Of a DNA stretch of 64,000 nucleotides, positions 48,024 through 58,887 are shown in pieces. The notes under the pieces were generated by a model. That model searched no databases, was not told the origin of the DNA, and saw only the letters and a list, made by a program, of their open reading frames with translations. This DNA comes from an uncultured archaeon. Its GTDB lineage: Archaea > Altiarchaeota > Altiarchaeia > IMC4 > SCGC-AAA252-I15. The stretch's first letter is position 1; each line of letters begins with the position of its first letter. The stretch spans positions 139,315 to 203,314 of the forward strand of contig CABMCB010000071.1 in the NCBI GenBank assembly GCA_902384455.1, read 5' to 3'. The translations under genes were made by a program, and so were the position numbers.

Positions 48024-48754
48024 GAAAACGCCCAAGCAACCCTGTTGAGGGCGCATACGCAGCGCTTCTTTCATATTACGGGCCTCAGGGCTGGTGGCCG
48101 CTTTATGACTCGCATAAGGGGTTTTTAGCGTATCACCCCGGAAACTATTTGATCCCTGGTTCGGAGTGCGGGCGCGTTGAGGTGGCGTTTGGGGCTGTGC
48201 TTGCTCAGAACACAAGCTGGATTAACGCGGAAAAAGCTCTCATCAACCTGATAACAAACGATTCCCTTTCCGTCGAATCAATACTGCATCTGCCTGAAAC
48301 TCGGCTCGCCATTTTTTTGCGTCCCGCAGGATACTACAACCAGAAAGCCAAGAAACTTAAGGCGCTATCCAAATTCATCAAAGAAGAAGGCAAAGGAAAA
48401 TTAAGCCCTCTGAAAAAAATCCCCACTCAAAAACTCCGCGATAAAATGCTTAACGTATGGGGGTGCGGTCCTGAAACAGTCGATAGCATACTTCTTTACG
48501 CGCTAAACAAACCCTCATTTGTGGTGGACGCGTACACCCGCCGCATAAGCGCACGCATGGGTTGGACATCAGAAGACGCAAGCTACAACGACCTAAAGGA
48601 AAAATTCGAGACGAACCTCCCGCCCAAGGACGCCGAAATCTACAAGGAATACCACGCGCTCATAGTAGAACACGCAAAACGCCACTGCACAAAGACGCGG
48701 CCTAAATGCCAAAACTGCCCGCTGAAAGAAAAATGCGAGTACAATAACGCCTAA
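48020..48754 (+). CDS. HhH-GPD superfamily DNA glycosylase, Endo III-like with [4Fe-4S] cluster loop
   Basis: 244 aa. HhH region (..LNVWGCGPETVDSILLYAL..) and C-terminal C-x6-C-x2-C-x5-C (CTKTRPKCQNCPLKEKC). Confidence 0.7.
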   Translation: MRKRPSNPVEGAYAALLSYYGPQGWWPLYDSHKGFLAYHPGNYLIPGSECGRVEVAFGAVLAQNTSWINAEKALINLITNDSLSVESILHLPETRLAIFLRPAGYYNQKAKKLKALSKFIKEEGKGKLSPLKKIPTQKLRDKMLNVWGCGPETVDSILLYALNKPSFVVDAYTRRISARMGWTSEDASYNDLKEKFETNLPPKDAEIYKEYHALIVEHAKRHCTKTRPKCQNCPLKEKCEYNNA

Positions 48755-48756
48755 CT

Positions 48757-49065
48757 TCAGTCAGTCTCCTCTTCCTCAACGCCCTTAAGGCGGGAAACAA
48801 ACTTCCTGTAGAAACCCCTAACGCCAGTCTTCGCAGGAGCAGGTCGCTCCTCGCCGTAAAACATCGGGCGGCTGACTTGGCTCTTCAAGTCCTCATCGAT
48901 TAAGACCGACTTAGTCTGCACTCCAAGCTCCTGCTCCAAACTAGCAATCTCGGCGTCCACGGCCTTAAGCCTGCTGTGGATTATTTCAAGGCGCGCCCTG
49001 CGCGAATTCTCCCTAAGCAACGAGGATTCTATGTAAGACTCACTCTGCCTGTTTGCTGCAGGCAT
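48757..49065 (-). CDS. Small coiled-coil hypothetical protein
   Basis: The second Met is used as start to avoid a 50-nt overlap with the upstream gene. Lys-rich N-terminus and a heptad-like helix. Confidence 0.35.
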   Translation of the reverse strand: MPAANRQSESYIESSLLRENSRRARLEIIHSRLKAVDAEIASLEQELGVQTKSVLIDEDLKSQVSRPMFYGEERPAPAKTGVRGFYRKFVSRLKGVEEEETD

Positions 49066-49066
49066 T

Positions 49067-51304
49067 TTAGCCTCTTTCGTCTTCTTTTTGCTGGGGATTC
49101 CTTTCTTCGTCGGCATCTTCGCCCTCCGTCAACGACTGACCTATCGATAACGATATGTGTTTCGGCCTTATATTAGCGTTTGCATGCGGCTTGCGCTCCT
49201 TGACGTGTTCCACGGCCTGCTCCACCTGCTCCTTCATGTGCATTACGTAAGGCTCCTCCCCTGCGTGTTCAAGATGCGATTCGCCTTCAGAGCCCTTGAA
49301 AGCCTTGTAAGAAAGTGACGTGACAGTAAGCATCGCAAGCCCCAGAATCCCAAGGACTACTGCGACTACTCCGACGCGGATGCCCCAGTAAGTGATTAAT
49401 GCGCGCCTATACGCCCAACGTATGCCGTCAACGGTAGCGCGGCCTTCCTCAACGCTTGCGATTCCTTTTTCGTCTCCCAGCGCTCTGTACGAAGTTTCCG
49501 CTCCGTCAAGAAGCGCGTACGCTTCGTCGTAGCTTTCGTTTCCTGCCGCGGAAACAGCGCGGGAAATGGATGTCTGAGCGTCTTTGCCCATGAGGGCGAG
49601 ATTCTGGACTGCAAGAGCATCCTGACTTGTGTTCTCCATCTCAATGAACTGGTACGCGGAAACGGCCATCGCCGCCCACTCGCTCGCATTCAAGTAGTCT
49701 CCTGCGGCATAAGCCTCTCTTGCGTTGGCCAGATATATTCCTGCCCTCGGATAACTGCGGGCGTAATTGACAAGGTGTGTGGCCTGCGTTATTAACTGCA
49801 TGTCGCCCAGCTTCTGATAAAGGTCCAATGCGGCCTGACCTGTTTTTTCGGCGTTGGCGTAGTCGTTTTGGTTGAGGTACGAGGCCGCCTCGTTGTACTT
49901 TGCGTCGGCGGTCATCCTGTCTGATATGCGGGTGAGCATCCGCCCGCTCTCAAGCAAACCCACGTTGTCTCCTGAATTCTTGAAGAAGTCGTTCGCTTGA
50001 GAAGCCAAATCCTTCGCCTTGGCGAAGCTCATGTTCCTGTAGGCGTCCTCAGACGCTCTCAGTAGCACAGTCGCCCTCTTCTGCTGCATGTAAGGCTTGG
50101 TGTCGAATCCGCGTACTCTCTGGTCCGTGCCGCTTGTGACGACATCCAAGTAACTGTCGCCGTTGAAGTCACCCGCCTTAAGTGCGGTTATGGGACTCAT
50201 CTTGTCCGAACTCCATATTAAGCCGCCTGTTTTGTTTAGGATGCGAAGTCTGTCTGAGCCGACTATTACTTCCGGCGATCCGTCGCCTTCAACGTCAGCA
50301 AGAGCAATTCCTCCCACAGGCCCTGAACCAGCATAACCCCAAAGTCTGTTGCCGCTGCCGTCGAAAGCGTAAACCACGCTGCCTGCGGCGACAATATCCT
50401 TATTTCCGTCGCCGTTAAGGTCGACCAAAATAACCCCTTTGACTGAACCTGAAACATTAGCCTCAAACCTAAGGGAGCCGTCGTGGTTCAAAACGTCGAT
50501 TTCATCCTGGAGGCCGGCCACAATCTCAGGTTGGCCGTCGCCGTCCAAGTCGCCTGCCTGCACAGTATACGAGCCCATGGAGGCCTGATACCTCCAAAGT
50601 ATTCCTTTTACTGTGTCTATTGCGACTATGGGTGCGGGTCCGTTGTAAGTCAGGCTGCGGCTTCCTCCTGTGGGGTCGAGTCTTGTTGCCGAGTTCACTC
50701 CGTTCTTGACGAACCCCGCTATCACCTCGTCTTTTCCGTCGCCGTTGACGTCGGCGCTTGTGAAAGTCAGAGGTGCTTCGTACATGGAAAACCCTATGGA
50801 GTTTATCCGCCCTCCGTTGTTGTCAACAATGAATACGCTGTTTCCGCTCAACCCCCCGGAAGTCCCAATCACCGATTCGGTCTTACCGTCCTTGTTAAAG
50901 TCCGCTGCATACAAACCGCGGCCGTCCGCGTATGTGGCGAAGCTCCATTTTTTGTCGCCTACTGAGTTGAATGCGTGGACGTATACTGGGGACCCCATGA
51001 GTATTGTCGCTTGGCCGTCGGGGTCGTTTGCGGCGAAGCTGTTGTACATTAGGCTGCCTATGAGTCTGCTCCACGCTAAGGAGCCGTTGGCTTCAAGTGC
51101 GTAGAATGTTCCTCCGCGGGTGGAGTCGACAAGAATCAGGGATCTGCCGTCGTACTGGTATGTGTTGATGTTTTTGTTGGCTTCTGAGAGGGCATAAACC
51201 CAAGTGGGCGTCAGAATCACGTCAGTCGATTTCGTAGCCGCAGCTGCGGCGTACGGAGTGAGCATTAAGGCGCACAAGACCGCCAGAAGAAGCAACTTAT
51301 GCAT
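49067..51304 (-). CDS. Type I membrane protein with FG-GAP/VCBS beta-propeller ectodomain and helical (TPR-like) juxtamembrane region
   Basis: 745 aa with signal peptide. Repeats include DVNGDGKDEVIAG, DLDGDGQPEIVAG, DLNGDGNKDIVAAG, DVEGDGSPEVIVG and GDFNGDSYLDVVTSG (integrin-alpha-like Ca-binding FG-GAP blades). Single TM and an acidic cytoplasmic tail. Confidence 0.7.
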   Translation of the reverse strand: MHKLLLLAVLCALMLTPYAAAAATKSTDVILTPTWVYALSEANKNINTYQYDGRSLILVDSTRGGTFYALEANGSLAWSRLIGSLMYNSFAANDPDGQATILMGSPVYVHAFNSVGDKKWSFATYADGRGLYAADFNKDGKTESVIGTSGGLSGNSVFIVDNNGGRINSIGFSMYEAPLTFTSADVNGDGKDEVIAGFVKNGVNSATRLDPTGGSRSLTYNGPAPIVAIDTVKGILWRYQASMGSYTVQAGDLDGDGQPEIVAGLQDEIDVLNHDGSLRFEANVSGSVKGVILVDLNGDGNKDIVAAGSVVYAFDGSGNRLWGYAGSGPVGGIALADVEGDGSPEVIVGSDRLRILNKTGGLIWSSDKMSPITALKAGDFNGDSYLDVVTSGTDQRVRGFDTKPYMQQKRATVLLRASEDAYRNMSFAKAKDLASQANDFFKNSGDNVGLLESGRMLTRISDRMTADAKYNEAASYLNQNDYANAEKTGQAALDLYQKLGDMQLITQATHLVNYARSYPRAGIYLANAREAYAAGDYLNASEWAAMAVSAYQFIEMENTSQDALAVQNLALMGKDAQTSISRAVSAAGNESYDEAYALLDGAETSYRALGDEKGIASVEEGRATVDGIRWAYRRALITYWGIRVGVVAVVLGILGLAMLTVTSLSYKAFKGSEGESHLEHAGEEPYVMHMKEQVEQAVEHVKERKPHANANIRPKHISLSIGQSLTEGEDADEERNPQQKEDERG

Positions 51305-51342
51305 CCTTACACCTTATAGGCCGACGACTTAAAATGTTCCAT

Positions 51343-52299
51343 CTATCCTGATATGGCTCGCGTGAATACGTAAGCAATCGCTGCGGTCGCAAGAGGCGTG
51401 GCGATCCAGCCGGCCGCTATCGCAAGCAGCATGCGCGCATTCACCGTCCTAATCCCCTTAGTAAGTCCCACGCCGATTATCCCCCCGACAAGAGTCTGGG
51501 TGGTGGAAACTGGGATGCCGCTTATTATGCACCCGTAAACGACTGCGGCGGCGGAAACCTGAGCTGAGAAAGCCGATGCAGGACTTAAAGGAGTAATCCT
51601 CTTGCCTACTGTGTCAGCCACACCACCCCCAATCAAGAACACTCCAACCCCCAAAGCAAAGGCCGCCGCAGCAACAGCAAGAACCTCATAACCCCCCACA
51701 GCAGAAACAAGCGGACCCACGGCGTTGCCCATGCTGTTTGCTCCCAAATTGTACGCGATAGCCATCGCACCCGCAAGAGTCAGGTACCTGAAGGCAACAC
51801 TCTGGGCGGTAAAAGAGAGGGAATTAATTGCTGGCGTCAAAACCGCGCGGTAAACCACATAAGCCAAGAAACCCGATATGAACGGAGTAACCACCCACGC
51901 AAAAGCAATAGTCCCCACAACACCCCAACTAACAGGCGCACCCAAAGCAAGTCCCGCCCCAACAGCCGCCCCAACAATCGCCTGACTGCTTGAAACAGGC
52001 AAAGAAAGCAAAGTAATCACAAACATGAAGACGGCGGCCGTCAAAACCGCCGCAAACGCCGCTTTCGCATGGCTGGAAAAACCGCCCTCAAATATCCTAC
52101 TTCCTATCGTCTGACTAGTATAATGACTTTGAAGCACGGCGCCAGCGAAAGCAAGCAAAACAACAACCACCGCAGCGCCGGTGAATCTGATGCCCTGACT
52201 CCCTATCAAAGTGCCGATAACATCGCCCGCATCATTCCCCCCAATAGTGAAAGCAAACAAAAAGGAGGCCAAAATAAGCAAAAGCAGTATTACTTCCAT
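51343..52299 (-). CDS. Inorganic phosphate transporter, PiT family
   Basis: 318 aa, GGNDAGD (GANDVAN-type) signature near the N-terminus, ~10 TM. Confidence 0.8.
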   Translation of the reverse strand: MEVILLLLILASFLFAFTIGGNDAGDVIGTLIGSQGIRFTGAAVVVVLLAFAGAVLQSHYTSQTIGSRIFEGGFSSHAKAAFAAVLTAAVFMFVITLLSLPVSSSQAIVGAAVGAGLALGAPVSWGVVGTIAFAWVVTPFISGFLAYVVYRAVLTPAINSLSFTAQSVAFRYLTLAGAMAIAYNLGANSMGNAVGPLVSAVGGYEVLAVAAAAFALGVGVFLIGGGVADTVGKRITPLSPASAFSAQVSAAAVVYGCIISGIPVSTTQTLVGGIIGVGLTKGIRTVNARMLLAIAAGWIATPLATAAIAYVFTRAISG

Positions 52300-52307
52300 C
52301 GGCCAAA

Positions 52308-52976
52308 TTACGGCTTGTGCATCAGTATAATCAGGTTCAATGCGTCGCTTGCGTCCTCTGCGTCGTTGCTTATCGTACCAAGAAAGTCCGCGGTCTTAGT
52401 CAAAACTAAAATGTCTGTTGGCCCGTAAGCCCCCCTCCTGTATATAGTATGATAGAGCTTCACTTGTATGATGTCTATCTTATGCTCCTCGTCGCGGACT
52501 TTCTGGATGAGCGCCTTAAGCTTTTCTGCGTCGTCCATCGAATGCACAGCCTCAGTCAGAGCGCGGGTGCACGAAAGAGTCGTATCCACAATCTCAGTCA
52601 TCATGCCCCTTATCTCCTCGTTGATTCGAATGCCCACAAGATAATCCGTCATATTAGCAAAATCCTGAGCCGAATTAGCCACAGTATCAAGCCTCTCGCA
52701 GAAATCAAAAATCCTGCCTCTGCTTATCGGCATGAAAGCGCCAGAATACATCGTCTCCTCAACCTGCCTGCGGATTACGTCGGCCTCGTGCTCTAAGACT
52801 CTGACTTTCTCGATTTCCTCATTGAGTCTTTTAGCGTCCTTCTTGTCAAGAGCGTCAAAAACCTGAGGCAGACGTTCGACGGTCTCAAGCACCTTGTCTG
52901 CGTGCTTCTTGATTAATTCGATAGTGTTCTTCTCCTGCTCCCTGCCGAAAAAAGGGATTATGTTAAAGAGGCCCAT
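52308..52976 (-). CDS. PhoU-like phosphate transport regulator (DUF47 family)
   Basis: 222 aa, all-helical, adjacent to the PiT gene as is typical for DUF47/PiT pairs. Confidence 0.7.
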   Translation of the reverse strand: MGLFNIIPFFGREQEKNTIELIKKHADKVLETVERLPQVFDALDKKDAKRLNEEIEKVRVLEHEADVIRRQVEETMYSGAFMPISRGRIFDFCERLDTVANSAQDFANMTDYLVGIRINEEIRGMMTEIVDTTLSCTRALTEAVHSMDDAEKLKALIQKVRDEEHKIDIIQVKLYHTIYRRGAYGPTDILVLTKTADFLGTISNDAEDASDALNLIILMHKP

Positions 52977-53035
52977 AAAGTCACCGTAAACTATCTTACA
53001 TTGATGCGCTATTAAGTCGGCGGTTTAATCTGAAG

Positions 53036-54966
53036 CTACTGCGCAGGCGGATGCTCCCTCTTCCACTCCTCATACGCCAGCGCCAAAGACCGGAAGTATA
53101 TGCTGTCGCCTGCATCCCTCAAAGTCTCTTCCATGAACATCCTACCAAGCCTCTCACCCAACCCCCTCATAACCCCACGGACCATGGCAGGCCTGCTTAA
53201 TGATTCCAGCGAAACTTCGCTTTCAGCAGACGACCCGAAGGGGTCTCCGTCTCCAACGTCAATGTTCGTGGAAGTCTCAAGGTAAGCGAATACTGCTGCA
53301 AAGACTCCTCTTGGCGTCTTAGGAGAAACGCTGCCGCTATCTACTATCCTCGCCTCAAAAGTTCCGAAATCGTAAGACTCGTATTGTGGGTCGTCACTTT
53401 CAACAAGCTGTGAGATTCTCAGGTTCCTCGGATGGGGGTCGTCAATCAATACTCCGTTGTTTCTCCTCCAAAACCGCACTAAACCTTCCATCACCACCTC
53501 CTGCACCCGCTCCCAAGCGGCAGGATCATGCTTACGCCTAAAAAGATCATCCTCCACTTCGTCAAAATGAGGGCCGAAAATCTTCTCCTGAGTACGCAAA
53601 AAACTGCCGTCGTCAAGAACCCAAATGCCGCCGATTTTACCGACCAACGTCGAAGTGGGATTAAGGCTGTGTCCTGTGGTCTGGTGAATGTTAGAGTCAA
53701 GAAGAGTCGGATTCCTAGCCCATACAGAACGATGCTGCTGCGGACTTGAAAGCTTTACGGTAAAAACCGCAGGCTCCTCCACCCCCTCCGGCCGCCTGCC
53801 CTCGCGGAAAGTAACTATCGCGTCAAACGCCTCCCTATAACCCCCCCTCACAGGAAGAGACTTAAACCTTATAGTAAGCACATCACTAGGATTCACGTCT
53901 GCGCCAAAAACCGAGTCAAAAGTCTGCTTCAAACAGGACGTCGTCTCAAAAACCCTTCTTACCCCCAAATCATGCCGACGCAAACCGCTGTCTTCGGCCA
54001 CTGAGCCATACTCATAATAGATGTTTACGTCGGCGTTATCCACTCCAACAAAAACGTCCGGAACATCGGACGAAGGGAAAGAAAGACGGTAAACGCCCGC
54101 ATCAGGTTTTCTTGAATCCCTGCCGGGAAGAGACAACACCATCTTATCCGACATTGAAAGAGGCATAATCTGAACCGCCTTGGACGCCTCCTCAGAACCA
54201 GAAGGCACAGCGTCAACCCTCACGGAACCCACAGAAGCATCCACTCCGTGAATAAACTTAACTGTCTTAGGGACAACATCCGTCCCAGAAAGCGCTCGCG
54301 CAAGAAAATCGCGGTCCTCCCCCCAAATTCCCTCGTCAAAAACAACATCAACATTCTGCGGAACACGCGAAACATACCTCATAGAAGCAGCACGCAAAGC
54401 CATGTTCATCAACATGTGAACAGTCCTAGACTGCTGGATGTAATCCCCCGCATGAAGAAGAAACTCATTAGACGGCTCCAACTCCCCAAAAGGGCGAACG
54501 ACAAGATCCATGTCGCTCACATCCCCCGCTCTCCGCCTAAGCTCACCAAGCGAATCCAAAGCCCTATCACCCAAAAAAGGTCTGGCCTCATCAATATACC
54601 TGTCGTAAAAAACAGCCATAGTCCCTATAAGCCGCTGGTAATCCCCCGAATACCTAACCTCAACAGACCCGTCGGTCACTTCCCTGCGAACCTCCTCTTC
54701 CGGGACCTTTCGATGATTCGCCTGCCACCCAACGAAAACATTAACCTCATGGACCCTCCTGCGAGCCTCCTGATGTAAAAACTCCTTGAAAACGTCGGCA
54801 GCATTCTCCCCACTCAAAAGTCCGCGGGACGCCTCCACAGACTCCAAGCCGTCAGGAACCTTCAACTTAACTTCAACCGCATTTGAAGGACTAACCGGAG
54901 TCCCACCTGCGGTAACTTCGAAATAAGTCTTATCCCTAGTCCTGCCCGTGACTGGAATCATCATAT
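53036..54966 (-). CDS. Large cytoplasmic hypothetical protein
   Basis: ~643 aa from MMIPVTGRTRDK. No TM or signal, no motif recognised. High-GC codon usage like the core genes. Confidence 0.5.
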
Positions 54967-54994
54967 AACATTTGGAAACCAAAGTAAAATCCAG

Positions 54995-55240
54995 ATGGAA
55001 CCCCAAACAATAACCCTGCTCGGCATCACCCTAATACTTCTGGGATTCCTGCTCGCCTTCGCAGGAACCCTAATGTCCTCCCTCCACCAAACAAATCCAG
55101 GACCAAACGTACGCTCAGGCGGCGTAATATTTCTCGGCCCAATACCAATAATCTTCGGAACAGACAAAGGCGCAGCAACATGGGCGGCTGCAATAGCCAT
55201 GTTGATGCTTGCCGCATACTTTATCCTCCACAGCAGGTGA
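54995..55240 (+). CDS. Small two-TM membrane protein (hypothetical)
   Basis: 81 aa with two hydrophobic helices separated by a Pro/Gly loop. Confidence 0.4.
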   Translation: MEPQTITLLGITLILLGFLLAFAGTLMSSLHQTNPGPNVRSGGVIFLGPIPIIFGTDKGAATWAAAIAMLMLAAYFILHSR

Positions 55241-55281
55241 ACGCAGCGTTTTAACGCCTACATCCCTCATCAGTAACCGCA

Positions 55282-56001
55282 ATGCTTCTTTTGATGGACG
55301 AACGGGAAGACACCTACCTAATCAAAGGAGACTCCGAATTCCACTGCAGATTCGGCTTCATAAAAAAAGAAGTTCTTGCGGCGGCAAAACCCGGCGACAT
55401 CCTAGAAAGCAACACCAAACACAAATTCCGCGTCATACAACCCGGGATGCCAGACTACATAGGGAAAGCGAAGCGCGGCCCGCAGGCGGTGCTGCCAAAG
55501 GACCTCGGAATCATCGCCTCATACACCGGCATAAGAAGCGGAAGCAGAGTAGTAGACGCGGGAGTGGGAAGCGGAATACTCTCAATGTACCTCGCGCACA
55601 TAGTCGCCCCGCAGAAACTTGTCGCATACGAAGTGCGCGAAGACTTCGCCGAAATAGCCAAAAGCAACTTCAAAAAATTCGGGGTAGACAACATCGAAGT
55701 CAAAATCAAAAGCATATACGAAGGAATAGACGAGGAAGAACTCGACCTCGTCTCACTCGACCTGCCCGAACCCTGGCTCGCAGTAGAACCCGCATACAAA
55801 GCCCTCAAAACATCCGGATACCTAACAAGCTACAGCCCAAGCATAAACCAAAACGCACGCTTCATGGACGCATTACAAAGCAGATTCCAAAGCTACACAA
55901 TAGAAACACTAGAACGACGCTGGAACATGGACGCAGTACGCCCCAGCACCCAAATGATAGGCCACAGCGGATTCATAACAATAGCAAGAAAACTATACTG
56001 A
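55282..56001 (+). CDS. trmI: tRNA (adenine-N1)-methyltransferase, TrmI/Gcd14 family
   Basis: 239 aa. SAM-binding VVDAGVGSGILS motif and TrmI-like N-terminal beta-domain. Confidence 0.75.
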   Translation: MLLLMDEREDTYLIKGDSEFHCRFGFIKKEVLAAAKPGDILESNTKHKFRVIQPGMPDYIGKAKRGPQAVLPKDLGIIASYTGIRSGSRVVDAGVGSGILSMYLAHIVAPQKLVAYEVREDFAEIAKSNFKKFGVDNIEVKIKSIYEGIDEEELDLVSLDLPEPWLAVEPAYKALKTSGYLTSYSPSINQNARFMDALQSRFQSYTIETLERRWNMDAVRPSTQMIGHSGFITIARKLY

Positions 56002-56050
56002 GAAAAAACCTCTTTTATCCTCCAACTCCAAACATCATAACGGTGGCATT

Positions 56051-56512
56051 ATGGCTTTGACGGTTCACGTGTTTGCGACATCCCGTAAGGACTCCCTCGC
56101 AGACCTGAAAAAACACACCAGCATAGAAGACGTCAAAGCGTGGTCCAGCAAAGTAGGCAACACAGCACAAGGAAAAGCAACCCGCACGGAAATAAACGCC
56201 GAATTATTCAAAGCAGCAGGCGACCTCCAAGTCATAGACTCATACGCAGTAGTCCTCTACCCCCCAGGCGACATAACCGGAGGACAAAACACCGGCAAAC
56301 AAATAAAATCCGCCATAAACACCCGAAAAATACCCTTCACATGGGGCCTAACCCCAAACCCCGCACTACCCGCAGGAACATACGAAATATACCTGGAACT
56401 CATCACCTCATCTTCCGGGCAGAAAACAAACTCAGACGAAGGCCTTGAGCCTCTGACTGAAGACGACTTCAACCTTAACGTCGACGAAGGATTCGCTGTA
56501 AAAAGGCTCTGA
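56051..56512 (+). CDS. Hypothetical protein
   Basis: 153-aa ORF with core-genome codon usage, no motif. Confidence 0.4.
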   Translation: MALTVHVFATSRKDSLADLKKHTSIEDVKAWSSKVGNTAQGKATRTEINAELFKAAGDLQVIDSYAVVLYPPGDITGGQNTGKQIKSAINTRKIPFTWGLTPNPALPAGTYEIYLELITSSSGQKTNSDEGLEPLTEDDFNLNVDEGFAVKRL

Positions 56513-56517
56513 CTTCT

Positions 56518-58179
56518 TCAGAACAATCCCTTGATGTTTCCGTTTTCCTCAATGTCTATGTCCAACGCCGCAGGATGCTCAGGCAAACCTGGCATAGTAA
56601 CTATGTCCCCGCACGTCACCACGATGAATCCCGCACCAGCACTGATGCGCACGTCCGTGACGCGGATTTTGAAATCAACGGGGCGGCCTGTTTTTGTGGG
56701 GTCGTCCGACAGACTCTTTTGGGTTTTAGCCATGCAGACTGGAAGCCGGTCGAGTTTTTCCTTTATGATGCCGTCCAGGTCCTTAAGCGCCTTGTCCGTG
56801 TACTTCACGGCCTTCGCTCCGTACATTTCTTTGGCTATGCGCTCAATCTTCGCTTTAAGTGGGTCTGAAGTTTTGTAGAGGAAACGGAAACTGTTTTTCT
56901 TTTCAAACAGCTCCAAAATCTCTTTCGCAATCTTAAGTCCGCCCAATCCTCCTTTACCCCACACGTCCACTTCCACGGCGGCGACACCCAAACTGCGGCA
57001 GCCCTCGACCACAGCGTTGATTTCCTCCTTGCTGTCTCCCCTGAATTTGTTTACCGCCACAACCAAAGGCACGCCGAATTTCTGAATGTTTTCGATGTGC
57101 TTTTCTAGGTTGGCGAACCCGCGCTGCACAGCATCAACGTCCTTCTTAGAGTAATCCTCCGCGCTCCCGTGCATCCTAAGCGCCCTTATTGTGGCGACAA
57201 TCACGACCGCGTTAGGCCTAAGTCCCCCAATCCTGCATTTGATGTCAAAGAACTTTTCGGCACCCAACTCAGTCCCGAAGCCCGCCTCAGTCACGACAAC
57301 ATCACCCAGCTTCAAAGCAATCTTGGTCGCAATCAAACTGTTGCAACCGTGAGCAATGTTGGCGAAAGGGCCCCCGTGAATCAAAGCGGGCGTACCCTCA
57401 AGAGTCTGCACCAAATTAGGGTGAATCGCATGCTTCAAAAGAGCAGCCATGGCGCCCTCAACGCCCAAATCGCGGACATGAACCGGCTTCCCGAAGTAAG
57501 TATATCCGATGATTATGTCGCCAAGGCGACGCTTCAAATCAGTAATAGACTCAGCAAGACACAATACGGCCATGACTTCGCTTGCCGCAGTAATCTGGAA
57601 TCCGTCCTCCCGCGGAATGCCTTCTTTGATTCCGCCCATCCCCACGAAAATGTGTCGTAGGCTTCTGTCGTTCATGTCGATTGCCCGCCGCCACATAATC
57701 CTGCGGGGGTCAATTTGAAGAGAATTCCCGTGCTGAAGATGGTTGTCGATGATTGCCGAAAGCAAATTGTTGGCCGCGGTGACTGCGTGAATGTCGCCCG
57801 TGAAATGGAGGTTGATGTCTTCCATAGGGAGCACCTGACTGAACCCTCCGCCGGCAGCGCCACCCTTTATGCCGAAGCATGGCCCTAAGCTCGGTTCGCG
57901 GATGCATATGACCGCTGGAATGCCCATCCTGTTGAACGCCTGGCCTAATCCCACTGTTACGGTGGTTTTTCCTTCGCCTGCGGGGGTGGGTGTCATGCAG
58001 GTTACGAGAACAAGCTTGCCGGTGGGGTTGCTTTTGAGGCGGGAAAGAGAGTGGATGTTAACTTTCGCCATGTAGTCGCCGAAGTAGGCGACTTCGCCCT
58101 CCTTCAAACCCAATTCGCTAGCGACGTCGCTTATATGCCTAAGAGCGGCAGTCTGAGCAATCTCAATATCAGATGGCAT
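56518..58179 (-). CDS. fhs: Formate--tetrahydrofolate ligase
   Basis: 553 aa. [16 protein letters not shown]-loop and full-length FTHFS similarity. Confidence 0.9.
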   Translation of the reverse strand: MPSDIEIAQTAALRHISDVASELGLKEGEVAYFGDYMAKVNIHSLSRLKSNPTGKLVLVTCMTPTPAGEGKTTVTVGLGQAFNRMGIPAVICIREPSLGPCFGIKGGAAGGGFSQVLPMEDINLHFTGDIHAVTAANNLLSAIIDNHLQHGNSLQIDPRRIMWRRAIDMNDRSLRHIFVGMGGIKEGIPREDGFQITAASEVMAVLCLAESITDLKRRLGDIIIGYTYFGKPVHVRDLGVEGAMAALLKHAIHPNLVQTLEGTPALIHGGPFANIAHGCNSLIATKIALKLGDVVVTEAGFGTELGAEKFFDIKCRIGGLRPNAVVIVATIRALRMHGSAEDYSKKDVDAVQRGFANLEKHIENIQKFGVPLVVAVNKFRGDSKEEINAVVEGCRSLGVAAVEVDVWGKGGLGGLKIAKEILELFEKKNSFRFLYKTSDPLKAKIERIAKEMYGAKAVKYTDKALKDLDGIIKEKLDRLPVCMAKTQKSLSDDPTKTGRPVDFKIRVTDVRISAGAGFIVVTCGDIVTMPGLPEHPAALDIDIEENGNIKGLF

Positions 58180-58237
58180 TGAGGAAAAAATATGCGTCAG
58201 CGTATATAAGGCGGTCTAAACCTAACCTTTAAGGCAA

Positions 58238-58381
58238 ATGAAGAAACAGGAACCATCCTCGTCGACTCCAAAGCAGGCGCGGGAGAAATGCCCCATCTGC
58301 CAGAGCGAGTCAATAACCCGTATGGGGAGCCACAGGGAATGCGACAGCTGCGGCAGGCAATGGACGCACATCGCGAAATAA
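58238..58381 (+). CDS. 47-aa zinc-ribbon microprotein (not in the supplied ORF track)
   Basis: MKKQEPSSSTPKQAREKCPICQSESITRMGSHRECDSCGRQWTHIAK*; a CPxC ... CxxC ribbon with a Lys-rich N-terminus. Preferred over the antisense 62-aa ORF 58222-58410. Confidence 0.4.
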   Translation: MKKQEPSSSTPKQAREKCPICQSESITRMGSHRECDSCGRQWTHIAK

Positions 58382-58556
58382 GCGTTTAGTTTATTAACTG
58401 GTATTAACAATAGTTTAGTGCAATTTCACAGGTTACTCAAATATCTGACTATGTTAACGCCCGCAACAACCCGGCAGGCGGCCATGAAGGCCACTATTGT
58501 TCGGACAGTGAGCGGGGCAGCTACTTGTCGTACCGTCCCCACCTTCCGCGTGTAAG

Positions 58557-58636
58557 CGCGGTGTCTGGGGAACAGAACCTTTTCACCTAAGCGGTGTTGG
58601 GTCTGGAGTTTCTTGAGATGCCGTTGTGGTTCCGAC
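58557..58636 (+). promoter_or_regulatory. Copy 1 of an ~80-nt conserved non-coding element (putative structured leader/regulatory RNA)
   Basis: gcggtgtctggggaacagaacc...cacctaagcggtg...gtctggagtttcttgagatgccg aligns with copy 2 at 59069-59148, with indels that break every reading frame. Contains a CACC/GGUG hairpin. Confidence 0.4.
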
Positions 58637-58683
58637 GTTTGAATTACTTGTTTAAGGAACCGATATAGTGAAAAAAGAGGTGA

Positions 58684-58797
58684 GATGAAATGGAACACAA
58701 CTATGGGTACAAAGACCCATATGGCGTGAATAAGGAGAAGGACTATGCTTACGACCCGTACGACCTGCTTCCAAAAGACTGGAAGCAAGCGGCGTAG
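58684..58797 (+). pseudogene. Small ORF paralog interrupted by in-frame TGA (MKWNTTMGTKTHMA*IRRRDYAYDPYDLLPKDWKQAA*)
   Basis: Collinear with the intact 43-aa ORF at 59185-59316 (M.N.T...M ... YDPYxLLPxxWK) but carries a TGA at codon 15. TGA is a normal stop elsewhere in this window. Confidence 0.35.
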
Positions 58798-58887
58798 AGG
58801 GCGTAAATTGTCCACTCCCATTGACATAGGGCTCGAAGGAGGACGCTTGCGTTTTCCTGCTTTAAGCGGCAATACGGCCTCCTTCGA

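Noticed and set aside
51343-52976. PiT transporter + DUF47 PhoU-like pair as a candidate novel system.
   Set aside because: This is a well-known conserved gene pair in archaea and bacteria. It is annotated as ordinary.
58684-58797. Possibility that the in-frame TGA in the small ORF is a recoded sense codon (Sec/Gly).
   Set aside because: TGA is used as a genuine, often overlapping, stop for several well-supported genes in the window (e.g. ATGA at 14725). No SECIS-like context was recognised. A pseudogene or non-coding origin is more parsimonious.
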